Positions 49,872 to 58,461 of a stretch of 64,000 nt of DNA are shown piece after piece. The position numbers and the translations under genes were made by a program. The notes beneath the pieces were generated by a model. The model was not told where the DNA came from. It saw nothing but the letters and a program-made list of their open reading frames with translations, and made no database searches. The stretch's first letter is position 1. The number at the start of each line of letters is the position of its first letter. This DNA is from an uncultured bacterium (lineage in GTDB: Bacteria > Planctomycetota > UBA1135 > GCA-002686595), in the NCBI GenBank assembly GCA_943787795.1, contig CALSNU010000001.1, positions 992,001-1,056,000 of the forward strand, written 5' to 3'.

Positions 49872-51488
49872 ATGGCGGCAACGAGGGAGCCGATCGATCC
49901 GCTGCGGGTCGAGGTCTTTCACCACCTGTTCGCGGCCGCGGCAGAGGAGATGGGGGTCGCGCTCCAGCGCTCCGCCTTCTCGGTCAACATCAAGGAGCGG
50001 CTCGACTTCTCCTGCGCGATCTTCGGGAGCGACGGGCGCGCTGTGGCTCAGGCCGCTCACCTCCCCGTCCACCTGGGGGCGACGCCGCTCTCCGTGGAGG
50101 CGGTGATCGCCACCCACGACCTCCGGCCAGGGGACATCGCCTTCCAGAACGACCCGTTCGGGGGCGGGACGCACCTCCCGGACATCACCTCGGTGGCCCC
50201 GATCTTCGCCCCCGAGGCGAACGGCCCCGAGGACCGGCCGGCGTTCTACTGCGTCTCCCGTGCCCACCATGCCGACGTTGGAGGAGCCTTCCCGGGATCC
50301 ATGGCGCCGGCGAGGGACGTCCACGGCGAGGGCCTGCGGCTGCCGCCTGTTCGCATGGTTCGGGGGGGGGTCATGGACGAGGACCTGCTCCGGGTCTTCC
50401 TCGCGAACATGCGAGTCCCCGGCGAGCGACGCGCGGACCTCTTCGCGCAGATCGCGGCGAGTCACGCGGGCCAGAACCGGTTGCTGGCGCTGATGGCTGA
50501 ACACGGCCCGGCGGAGCTCGCCGCGAGGGGGCGGGACCTGATCGGTTGGACGGCTGACCTCACCTCTCGGCGACTCGCCCGGCTTCCCGAGGGGAGCTGG
50601 TCCTTTGAGGACGTCCTCGAGGGGGGAGCGGACGGGACCGGAGCGTTCCTTCCTGTTCGGCTCACGGTCACCAGCAGCGGGGGGGGGCTGACCTTCGACT
50701 TCCAGGACAGCGCGCCCCAGGCTCTCGACGGCTCTCCGGTGAACACGACCCGCGCGGTGGCCGTCTCTGCGGTGGTCTATGGCATTCGCCTGCTCATGCC
50801 CGACGGCACCCCGACCAACGCAGGGCTGCTCGAGGGTGTGGAAGTGCTCACGCGGCCGGGGACGGTGGTCGACGCGACGTACCCGGCGCCGGTGGCCGCT
50901 GGGAACGTCGAGACGAGCCAGAGGCTGGTGGACGTCATCCTCGGCGCGTTCGGGGAGATGCTGCCCGGTGAGGTCCCGGCGGCGAGCGCTGGCACCATGA
51001 ACAACCTCTCCTTCGGGGGCGCGCGGCTCGGCGAAGCGGGCGGCTCGTTCACGCACTATGAGACCCACGGTGGAGGGGCGGGCGCGGGGCCGAGGTCGGG
51101 CGGTGCCCACGCGGTCCAGACCCACATGACCAACACCCGCAACACCCCGGTGGAGGCCCTCGAGAACGAGCTGCCTGTGCGGGTGTTGCGGCAGACCGTC
51201 CGTCGCGGAACCGGCGGGACGGGTGCCCGCCCGGGGGGAGACGGGCTGGTGCGACGGCTGGGCTTCCTGACCGATGTCCGGCTGTCCTGGCTGGCCGAGC
51301 GCCAGCGGCGGGCGCCTTTCGGAGTCGACGGCGGCGGCAGCGGCGCCCCTGGGGAGGCCTGGATACGGCGACCGGGCGCGGCGTCGGACACGCGGCTGAC
51401 GCCCAAGGCCGCGCTGGACCTCGAGGCCGGGTCCGAGGTGGAGATCCGGACCCCGGGTGGCGGCGGGCACGGCGAGGCGCATCCTTAG
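49872..51488 (+). CDS. Hydantoinase B / oxoprolinase family protein
   Basis: 'SVNIKERLDFSCA', 'HLPVHLG', 'NDPFGGGTHLPD', 'HHADVGG', 'GNVETSQ', 'HMTNTRNTPVE', 'TPGGGG'. Confidence 0.95.
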   Translation: MAATREPIDPLRVEVFHHLFAAAAEEMGVALQRSAFSVNIKERLDFSCAIFGSDGRAVAQAAHLPVHLGATPLSVEAVIATHDLRPGDIAFQNDPFGGGTHLPDITSVAPIFAPEANGPEDRPAFYCVSRAHHADVGGAFPGSMAPARDVHGEGLRLPPVRMVRGGVMDEDLLRVFLANMRVPGERRADLFAQIAASHAGQNRLLALMAEHGPAELAARGRDLIGWTADLTSRRLARLPEGSWSFEDVLEGGADGTGAFLPVRLTVTSSGGGLTFDFQDSAPQALDGSPVNTTRAVAVSAVVYGIRLLMPDGTPTNAGLLEGVEVLTRPGTVVDATYPAPVAAGNVETSQRLVDVILGAFGEMLPGEVPAASAGTMNNLSFGGARLGEAGGSFTHYETHGGGAGAGPRSGGAHAVQTHMTNTRNTPVEALENELPVRVLRQTVRRGTGGTGARPGGDGLVRRLGFLTDVRLSWLAERQRRAPFGVDGGGSGAPGEAWIRRPGAASDTRLTPKAALDLEAGSEVEIRTPGGGGHGEAHP

Positions 51489-51662
51489 GGCCCCTCCGGC
51501 TCTCCTGGGGGGGGGCGATCGGCCCGAGGCCGGTTCACCGGTTCGAGGGGGAGCGGGGAAGGCGGGCCCGCTATCATCTGCGCCGACGTCGCGCGGCATC
51601 CCGCTGCGCGTGTGGCAGCCATCCCTCATTCTCCTCCAGACCGGTCTCTGACCCGACGACCT

Positions 51663-53000
51663 ATGCCTTCTCTCAGTGTGTTCGGAGCCCAGTGGGGCGA
51701 CGAGGGTAAGGGAAAGATCATCGATCTCCTCAGCGACCGCGTTGACGTCGTGGTCCGTTACCAAGGGGGCGCGAACGCGGGCCACACGGTGGTCGTGGAC
51801 GGGGTGAAGTGGGTCCTGCACCTCATCCCCTCGGGCATCCTCCACGAGGGCAAGGTCAACGTGATCGCCACGGGCGTCGCGATTGATCCGATCAAGCTCC
51901 TGGAGGAGATCGACGGCCTCGAGGAGCGCGGCGTGACGGTCGGGCCGGAGCGGCTCAGGATCGCCGCCAACGCCCACGTCATCTTCGAGCAGCACAAGCG
52001 CATCGATGGTCTCTCGGAGCGCTGGAAGGGCGACGGTCGCATTGGCACGACCGGCCGCGGGATCGGACCGGCGTACTCGGACAAGGCCTCCAGGACGGGG
52101 CTTCGGATCTGCGACCTGCTGGACGCCGAGCGCTGTGCTGAACGGCTGAGGGCCAACCTCGCGGAGAAGAACGCGGTGATCAGCAAGGTGCATGGTGAGG
52201 AGTCGCTCGACGTGGAGGCCATCGTGAAGCGCTACGTCGAGGTCGGCGCTCGCCTGGCTCCGTTCGTCGCCGACACCGGGGCTGAGCTGCGACGGGCACA
52301 CCGTGAGGGGCGCCGGATCCTCTTCGAGGGGGCCCAGGGCGTGATGCTCGACATCGACCACGGCACCTACCCGTTCGTGACCTCGTCCAACACCGGCCCG
52401 GGCGGCATCCCCTCCGGGGCTGGCGTGCCGCCGCATGCGGTGGGCCGCTCCATCGGGATCGCGAAGGCCTACTGCACCCGCGTGGGTGAGGGGCCCTTCC
52501 CGAGCGAGATGTTCGGCGAGGCCGCGGACCGACTGCGCGCCGCAGGCCACGAATATGGCACCACGACCGGCCGGCCGCGCCGCGCGGGCTACTTCGACGC
52601 GGTGGCCGTGCGCTACTGCCTCGATCTCGCCGGGGCCGCTGGCTGGATCATGACCAAGCTCGACGTGCTCTCCGGCCTCGGAGACCTCGAGGTCGTCACG
52701 TCTTACCGTGTCGGTGACGAGGAGTTCAGCGAGTACCCCGCGCACCTGCCGACGCTGGACGGGGTCGAGCTCGTGACCGAGACCCTGCCTGGCTGGACCG
52801 AGGACGCAGCCGCGGCTCGGACCTTCGAGGAGCTCCCTGCGGCTGCTCGTAGCTACGTGGAGCGGGTCGAGGAGCTCGTCGCGACGCCCATCGTCATGAT
52901 CTCCGTGGGAGCGGAGCGCGAGGCCGTGATTGACCGTGAGCCGATCTTCGGCGCCGACTGGCCGACGCCGGACCCCACCCCGGAGGGTGCGCTGTCGTGA
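51663..53000 (+). CDS. purA: Adenylosuccinate synthetase
   Basis: 'GAQWGDEGKGK', 'GGANAGHT', 'IGTTGRGIGPAY', 'EGAQG', 'EYGTTTGRPRR'. Confidence 0.99.
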   Translation: MPSLSVFGAQWGDEGKGKIIDLLSDRVDVVVRYQGGANAGHTVVVDGVKWVLHLIPSGILHEGKVNVIATGVAIDPIKLLEEIDGLEERGVTVGPERLRIAANAHVIFEQHKRIDGLSERWKGDGRIGTTGRGIGPAYSDKASRTGLRICDLLDAERCAERLRANLAEKNAVISKVHGEESLDVEAIVKRYVEVGARLAPFVADTGAELRRAHREGRRILFEGAQGVMLDIDHGTYPFVTSSNTGPGGIPSGAGVPPHAVGRSIGIAKAYCTRVGEGPFPSEMFGEAADRLRAAGHEYGTTTGRPRRAGYFDAVAVRYCLDLAGAAGWIMTKLDVLSGLGDLEVVTSYRVGDEEFSEYPAHLPTLDGVELVTETLPGWTEDAAAARTFEELPAAARSYVERVEELVATPIVMISVGAEREAVIDREPIFGADWPTPDPTPEGALS

Positions 53001-53866
53001 GCCCGAGGAGCGGAGGGCAGGACGGGGCCACAGGGCCGCCGGCGCCGACGCCTGAGGCTCTCGCGTTCCGAGAGTCGCTGGGGGGGGTCTTTCCTGACCA
53101 CGTCGCCATCATCATGGATGGCAACGGTCGCTGGGCCCAGGAGCGCGGGTGGGTCCGGGTGCGCGGGCACAAGGAGGGCACCGAGTCCGTTCGCGCGATC
53201 ACGACCATCGCCGCAGAGCTGGGGTGCAAGAGCCTGACGCTCTACGCCTTCTCCCGTGAGAACTGGAAGCGCCCCGACTTCGAGGTGGCGACCTTGATGC
53301 GACTGCTTCGGCTCTATCTCCGCCGCGAGCTGCGCACCTTGATGGACAATGGCATCCGCCTGGTCGCCATCGGCCGCCTCTCGGATCTCCCTGAGTACGC
53401 CCAGCGCGCGCTGCGTGAGACGATGGAGCGGACGGCGGGCAACACGGGCATGGTCCTCCGGCTCGCGCTCTCCTACGGCGGGCGGACCGAGGTGGCTGAT
53501 GCCCTGCGGTCCTTCAGCGAGGACGTGGCCGCTGGCCGTCGCCGCCCTGAAGAGATCGATGAGGAGACCCTGCGCGAGTACCTCTACGACCCTGGTACGG
53601 GTGACCCGGACCTGATCATCCGCACCGCGGGTGAGATGCGACTCAGCAACTTCCTCCTCTGGCAGGCGTCCTACGCCGAGTTCTACGTCACCGAGGACTG
53701 CTGGCCCGACTTTCGTCGCCCCCAGTTCGAGGAGGCGCTGCGCGCGTTCGCGGCGCGCAAGCGAAAGTACGGCGGCTTGCTCCCTGGTGCTCTGGCGGAC
53801 AGTGAGTCCGCCGAGGAGATCCTGGAGCCTGAACGCTCCTCCGAGGCGGGCGAGAGGGGAGCATGA
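52997..53866 (+). CDS. uppS: Undecaprenyl diphosphate synthase (cis-isoprenyltransferase)
   Basis: 'HVAIIMDGNGRWA', 'YAFSRENWKRP', 'DPDLIIRTAGEMRLSNFLLWQ'. Confidence 0.98.
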   Translation: MSPRSGGQDGATGPPAPTPEALAFRESLGGVFPDHVAIIMDGNGRWAQERGWVRVRGHKEGTESVRAITTIAAELGCKSLTLYAFSRENWKRPDFEVATLMRLLRLYLRRELRTLMDNGIRLVAIGRLSDLPEYAQRALRETMERTAGNTGMVLRLALSYGGRTEVADALRSFSEDVAAGRRRPEEIDEETLREYLYDPGTGDPDLIIRTAGEMRLSNFLLWQASYAEFYVTEDCWPDFRRPQFEEALRAFAARKRKYGGLLPGALADSESAEEILEPERSSEAGERGA

Positions 53867-54777
53867 GCACGCCCGAAGCCAAGACGGCAGCGACCAAGAG
53901 AGCCAAGCTGATCCTCCGGACGAAGGTCGGGGGGACCCTCGCGGTCTCCGTCGCAGGGCTGCTGTGGGCCGCGTCGCTTCCCGCCGGTGTCGCGCTCACG
54001 CTGGGCATGGCGGTGGCCCTGTCCCTGTGGTCGATCGTGGAGGCCGACCGCATGAAGATCTTCGGCGGCCGGCCTGCCTCCGTTGGGGCTGGCGCGGCGC
54101 TGGCCTTCGGGGCCTTCCGCATCTGGGAGTCCTTCGTCGCCCGCGACGTCCTGTCGCTCCCTTCACCCGAACGCGTGTTCGCCGCCGACCTCGGCCTCAC
54201 CTTCGTCACGAGCGGACTCGTGGCGCTCGTCGTGGCAGGGCTCGCTGGCTTCCGATCCCTGGCGGCTCGGCCCAGCGGAGGCGTCGGGCTTCTGTCACTT
54301 GTGTTCCTCGTCGCCCTTCCGCTGCTCGCGCTCGTGCCCATTCGACTCGCGGGTGGTGCCGGTGGCCTGGCGGTCTTCCTCGTCCTGGCGAAGATCGGCG
54401 ATATCGCCGGGTACTACGTCGGGAGTACGATGGGGAAGCGGCACCCCTTCCCGAATCTCAGCCCCGGGAAGACCGTCGCAGGCTGCGTCGCGTCACTCCT
54501 GGTGGGCGTCGCCGCCGGGGCGGGCTTCGTGCTCGCCGGCGCGCTGGACGGCCCGCGCTACGGGATCATGTCGGGGGTCATCCTCGGACTCGTGGTCAAC
54601 GTCACGGCCCAGGCCGGAGATCTCATGGAGAGCGGCTTCAAGCGGCGCGCCCAGGTGAAGGACTCCGGCACCACCTTCGGTCCCTCCGGCGGCATGCTCG
54701 ACCTCGTGGACAGCCTCTTGCTCTCCGCTCCGCTCGTCGCCTTCCTTTGGCCGCTCCTCTTCGAGCTGCCCTCTTGA
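53863..54777 (+). CDS. cdsA: Phosphatidate cytidylyltransferase
   Basis: 'SPGKTVAG', '[18 protein letters not shown]...GGMLDLVDS'; multiple TMs. Confidence 0.95.
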   Translation: MSTPEAKTAATKRAKLILRTKVGGTLAVSVAGLLWAASLPAGVALTLGMAVALSLWSIVEADRMKIFGGRPASVGAGAALAFGAFRIWESFVARDVLSLPSPERVFAADLGLTFVTSGLVALVVAGLAGFRSLAARPSGGVGLLSLVFLVALPLLALVPIRLAGGAGGLAVFLVLAKIGDIAGYYVGSTMGKRHPFPNLSPGKTVAGCVASLLVGVAAGAGFVLAGALDGPRYGIMSGVILGLVVNVTAQAGDLMESGFKRRAQVKDSGTTFGPSGGMLDLVDSLLLSAPLVAFLWPLLFELPS

Positions 54778-54790
54778 CGCTCCCTGCATC

Positions 54791-55858
54791 TTGCCCGAAC
54801 TCACGATCCCCCTTCGCTCCCATGAGGAAGCGATCCTGGTCCTCGGTCCCTACGACCGTTACGCCCGCCTGCTCCGACAGGATCTCGACATCGAGATCTA
54901 CGCCCGCGCCGGCAACCTTCGCTTGAAGGGGGCCGACAGCGGCATCCGAGCCGCCTCTGAGCGGATCGAGCACCTGCTTGGCAAGGCCCGGAAGGGGCGG
55001 GACATGAGCGTCCGGGAGATCGAGGGCATCCTCTTGGATCGGACACCTGTGACCACGGAGACGGCGACCGTGGGGGGCGAGCGTCGAGGCGCAAGGGACG
55101 CCGGCAGCTCTGGCTCCTCGGCCTCGGGGTCTCGAATGGGAGGAGCGCACCGGCCCGCGGTCGTCCGCTTCCGCCCGCGCCCCGTGGAGCCGCGCAGCGA
55201 GAACCAGCGGCGCTACTTCGAGGCTATCGAGAAGAACGACCTGGTCTTCGGCCTGGGACCTGCGGGGACAGGGAAGACCTACCTCGCGGTTGCCGCGGCG
55301 GTCCAGCGCCTCCGGCGCGGCAAGGTCCGGCGGCTGATCATCACGCGCCCCGTCGTCGAGGCGGGGGAGCACCTTGGATTCCTGCCCGGCGATCTGCAGC
55401 AGAAGCTCAACCCCTACCTGCGGCCGATCTACGACGCCCTGCGCGACATGATCGAACCTGAGGACCTGGCTCGGATGGAGGAGGCGGGCATCATCGAGAT
55501 CGCGCCCCTCGCGTACATGCGCGGGCGAACCCTCTCGAACGCCTTTGTGATCCTCGATGAGGGGCAGAACACCACCGCCTCGCAGATGAAGATGTTCCTG
55601 ACCCGCCTGGGTGAGGGGTCGAGCATGGTGGTCACCGGCGACCCGACGCAGAACGACCTGCCGCGCAGTCAGCGCAGCGGGCTGGTCGATGGGTCACGGC
55701 GGCTCAGGGGATTTGAAGGGGTCGGCTTCATCGAGTTCGACGCCGCCGATGTGGTGCGACACCCGCTGGTGGCGCAGATCGTCCGCGCCTACGACCGTGA
55801 CGGGCGAGATCGGAACGGGGCGCCCGCAGACCTTCCTGCTGAAGGGGCCGAAGGGTGA
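54791..55858 (+). CDS. phoH: PhoH-family ATPase (YbeZ-like)
   Basis: '[11 protein letters not shown]', '[15 protein letters not shown]', '[11 protein letters not shown]', 'LDEGQN'. Confidence 0.96.
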   Translation: MPELTIPLRSHEEAILVLGPYDRYARLLRQDLDIEIYARAGNLRLKGADSGIRAASERIEHLLGKARKGRDMSVREIEGILLDRTPVTTETATVGGERRGARDAGSSGSSASGSRMGGAHRPAVVRFRPRPVEPRSENQRRYFEAIEKNDLVFGLGPAGTGKTYLAVAAAVQRLRRGKVRRLIITRPVVEAGEHLGFLPGDLQQKLNPYLRPIYDALRDMIEPEDLARMEEAGIIEIAPLAYMRGRTLSNAFVILDEGQNTTASQMKMFLTRLGEGSSMVVTGDPTQNDLPRSQRSGLVDGSRRLRGFEGVGFIEFDAADVVRHPLVAQIVRAYDRDGRDRNGAPADLPAEGAEG

Positions 55859-56322
55859 CCGAAGGGTCCGTCGCCTGGACGGTCCCGGACGCGCCCGGAG
55901 ACCTCGGTGAGGTGGAGGCGCTCGCCGCGCTCGCGGCAGCGCTCGCGCACGGGGAGGCGCCGGAGCTCCGGGTGGACGTGATCTTCGTCGACGATGCCGC
56001 GCTTGCCCGGCTTCACGGGCAGTTCCTCGGCGACCCGACCCGGACGGACGTGATCACCTTCGATCTGCGGGAGGACGGAGCGCCGGATGAGCACGGGCCG
56101 GACGGGGAGATCTACGTGAGCGTCGAGCGAGCGCGGGAGGTGGCCGCTGGTCGCGGCGTTGAGCCGGCACGAGAGCAGGCTCTCTACGTGGTGCATGGCG
56201 CGCTGCACCTCGTCGGCTTCGACGACCATGACGCGCGTGATCGCGCCCTGATGCGCGCCGCCGAGGCCGCGGTCATGGGGCGCCTCGGCTACGCCGAGGA
56301 CCTCGGCGAGCACGAAGTCTGA
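55855..56322 (+). CDS. ybeY: rRNA maturation RNase YbeY
   Basis: 'TDVITF', 'GEIYVS', '[12 protein letters not shown]'; follows phoH. Confidence 0.93.
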   Translation: MTEGSVAWTVPDAPGDLGEVEALAALAAALAHGEAPELRVDVIFVDDAALARLHGQFLGDPTRTDVITFDLREDGAPDEHGPDGEIYVSVERAREVAAGRGVEPAREQALYVVHGALHLVGFDDHDARDRALMRAAEAAVMGRLGYAEDLGEHEV

Positions 56323-56633
56323 GCCACATCTGCGCGCTATCGGAGGGACGCGGGACCCCCTCGCGACGGTTTTCGATCCAAAAAACTACCGGTCTTTCTG
56401 CGGGCTGTGCGCGCATGGATAAGTGCCTTCGAATGGCTTCAGAGGGCGATTCGACGCGCTTCTGGATGAGCACGAGTTGAGATCGAAAGGCGCCTAGCGT
56501 GGCGCTGGGGGAGGAACTGTTGAACGGGCTGGTCTCGTAGCGGTACCTACTACTGACAGAGGACACTTCGAGCCATCGCTCGGCGCCCCGGCGGACCGCC
56601 TGGTGACCTCCTTGAACCTGCACCTCACTCGAA

Positions 56634-57491
56634 TTGACGCCCCAACCCGACCCCACTCCCGAGCCCGAGACGCCCCCTCGGACGTCGAGCAGCAGCGCGA
56701 CTTCCGCGGAAGCCGAGGCTGACCCGCTTGTTGAGATGGTGGACGCACTGTGGGCGGCCTTCCGATCCGAGCCGGGCGACGAGACGCGGAATGCGCTCGT
56801 CGAACACTACCAGCCGCTGATCAAGCAGATCGTTCGGCGGTTCGGAGCCCGACTCCCGCGGACCGTGGATCGCGGAGACCTGCTCACCGCGGGCAACGTG
56901 GGCCTCATCAGCGCAGTGCGCGGGTTCGACCCCGAGCGCGGGGTCCGCTTCGAGTCGTACTGCGAGCTGCGCGTGAAGGGCGCGCTCCTGGATGAGCTCC
57001 GCTCCCAGGACTGGCTGCCGCGTCCGTGGCGCCAGAAGATCGAACAGCAGAAGCGCACGGTGGAGCAGCTGCGGCGTGAGTGGGGGAGGAACCCCAACGA
57101 CAACGAGGTCGCGTCGGCGATGGGGTTCGACCTCGACGTCTACCAGCAGACCTTCGGCGTCGGGCTCCCCGGCACGCCAAGCGGGTCCATGCCCGCTGAC
57201 GACGGCGGCGAAGACGGCGGCACGGCCAGCCCCCTCGACATCGTCCAGGATCCGGGTGTGGACGCGCCGGGCGAACGGCTCTCCCGGGACGAGCTCATGA
57301 AGCTGGTCTCCCAGCGGATGTCCGATCAGGAGCGTCGCATCGTCTACCTGAAGTACTGGGAGGAGCTGCCAATGCGTGAGATCGGCGACCTCACGGGGCT
57401 CTCCGAGTCACGGGTTTGCAAGATCCACACGCGGCTCATCGAGCGTCTGCAGGATCGCTTCCGCGCGCACGAAGCCGACTCGCTGGTCTAG
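56634..57491 (+). CDS. FliA/WhiG-family RNA polymerase sigma factor (sigma-28)
   Basis: 'RNALVEHYQPL', 'GLISAVRGFDPERGVRFESY', 'GALLDELRSQDWLPR', 'EIGDLTGLSESRVCKIH'. Start may be ATG 56736. Confidence 0.93.
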   Translation: MTPQPDPTPEPETPPRTSSSSATSAEAEADPLVEMVDALWAAFRSEPGDETRNALVEHYQPLIKQIVRRFGARLPRTVDRGDLLTAGNVGLISAVRGFDPERGVRFESYCELRVKGALLDELRSQDWLPRPWRQKIEQQKRTVEQLRREWGRNPNDNEVASAMGFDLDVYQQTFGVGLPGTPSGSMPADDGGEDGGTASPLDIVQDPGVDAPGERLSRDELMKLVSQRMSDQERRIVYLKYWEELPMREIGDLTGLSESRVCKIHTRLIERLQDRFRAHEADSLV

Positions 57492-57993
57492 GCGCGCGCG
57501 GGGTCCGGGGGAAAGAGAGAGGGCCCGGCACCTCTCGGCACCGAGCCCCCCCAGGACTCCCGATCTCGAGCCACGAAGGCTCTCCGGGAACGCAAATCGA
57601 GCACGATCAGATCGCGTTCGACCCCCTTGCGTCCCGAACGGCGGAAACCGCCGGACCGAGGTGCGTAGGCGACGGAAGGGTCCCTGACCTCCCGACGTCG
57701 CACGACTCCTTATCCTCGACACCCGAACACGCCGTCCCCACGACGGCTCGGGATCCGCTCCTCCTCTCAAGAGACGCCCGTGTCCCCACACGACCGTCTC
57801 CCACATCACATCTCCCCTGACCGAAGCCGTGGGGGGACGCGAGTTCTACGGACCCGTCAGCGCCCTCGCCGCCGTGCTCCAACGAAGAGTCGCCGCTCAG
57901 CCCTGAGGCGTGACGCGGGTGGACCGTCGTGGTGGTGAAGCAAAGCATGGGAGCCGGTGGATCAGGCGGAGCCACCTCGAATCCCACCCCGGC

Positions 57994-58033
57994 AAAAGGA
58001 AACCGTCCCGGAGCCGGCCGAAGCCGACCCCGG
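57994..58033 (-). terminator. Candidate intrinsic terminator / expression platform downstream of the riboswitch
   Basis: Minus strand CCGGGGUCGGC-UUCG-GCCGGCUCCGG (11 bp, cUUCGg loop), then GACGG and UUUCCUUUU. Confidence 0.5.
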
Positions 58034-58150
58034 TCCGGAGGGCAGATGAGGAACGGTTGTTCCTATCCGACCCACGGTCCTCAGTCCGAGGCGGGACCTT
58101 TGACGGTCCCGCGGCGCTCCTCGGACGACGATCCCTATGGGTCGGGCGGT

Positions 58151-58227
58151 CGACATTCGGAAACTCGGCTGCCCGCGAGGGGCCCGTGGCTTTGCGTCCC
58201 GGACTTGCGTCCGGTTTGCCTTTGTCG
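58151..58227 (-). ncRNA. c-di-GMP-I (GEMM) riboswitch aptamer
   Basis: Minus strand CGACA-AAGGCAAA-CCGGAC-GCAA-GUCCGG-GACGCAAAGCC-ACGGGCCCCUCGCGGGCAGCCGAGUUUCCGAA-UGUCG. It shows the GGCAAAC and GACGCAAAGC signatures, GNRA-capped P2, short P3 and P1 CGACA/UGUCG. Confidence 0.93.
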
Positions 58228-58247
58228 TGTCGCCGTTGGAGCGCCAC

Positions 58248-58275
58248 AGGATAGCCAGGAAATTGCAATTGGCAA
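58248..58275 (-). promoter_or_regulatory. Candidate sigma70-type promoter for the riboswitch transcript
   Basis: Minus strand TTGCCA-N16-TATCCT, about 20 nt upstream of the aptamer. Confidence 0.5.
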
Positions 58276-58461
58276 ATGGGGGCGCGGGTTTGGGGGCGGA
58301 AACGTTTTCCAGTCGTCCCCATGTGTCGCGCTAGCATGGGATTACAAACCGATCATGTACGCCGAGCGGCGCGGGGATTGGGGGTCATGCGCAGGCGCAG
58401 CACAATCTCGCGCGCGGCTCTTCTCCGAAGCCGCGCCTCCTCCCTGACGATCTTCCTCCAC

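Noticed and set aside
58050..58135. Hammerhead ribozyme (CUGAGGA next to a stem, GUC nearby, minus strand)
   Set aside because: No correctly placed GAAA, and the NUH triplet is out of register with stem I.
57492..58150. CsrB/Rsm-type GGA sponge RNA
   Set aside because: By hand count there are about 26 GGA on the minus strand versus about 19 on the plus strand. The asymmetry is weak and most are not in ANGGA loops.
57492..58150. tmRNA, RNase P RNA or SRP RNA
   Set aside because: Their conserved signatures (tRNA-like ends, GAGGAAAGUCC, SRP domain IV) were not found.
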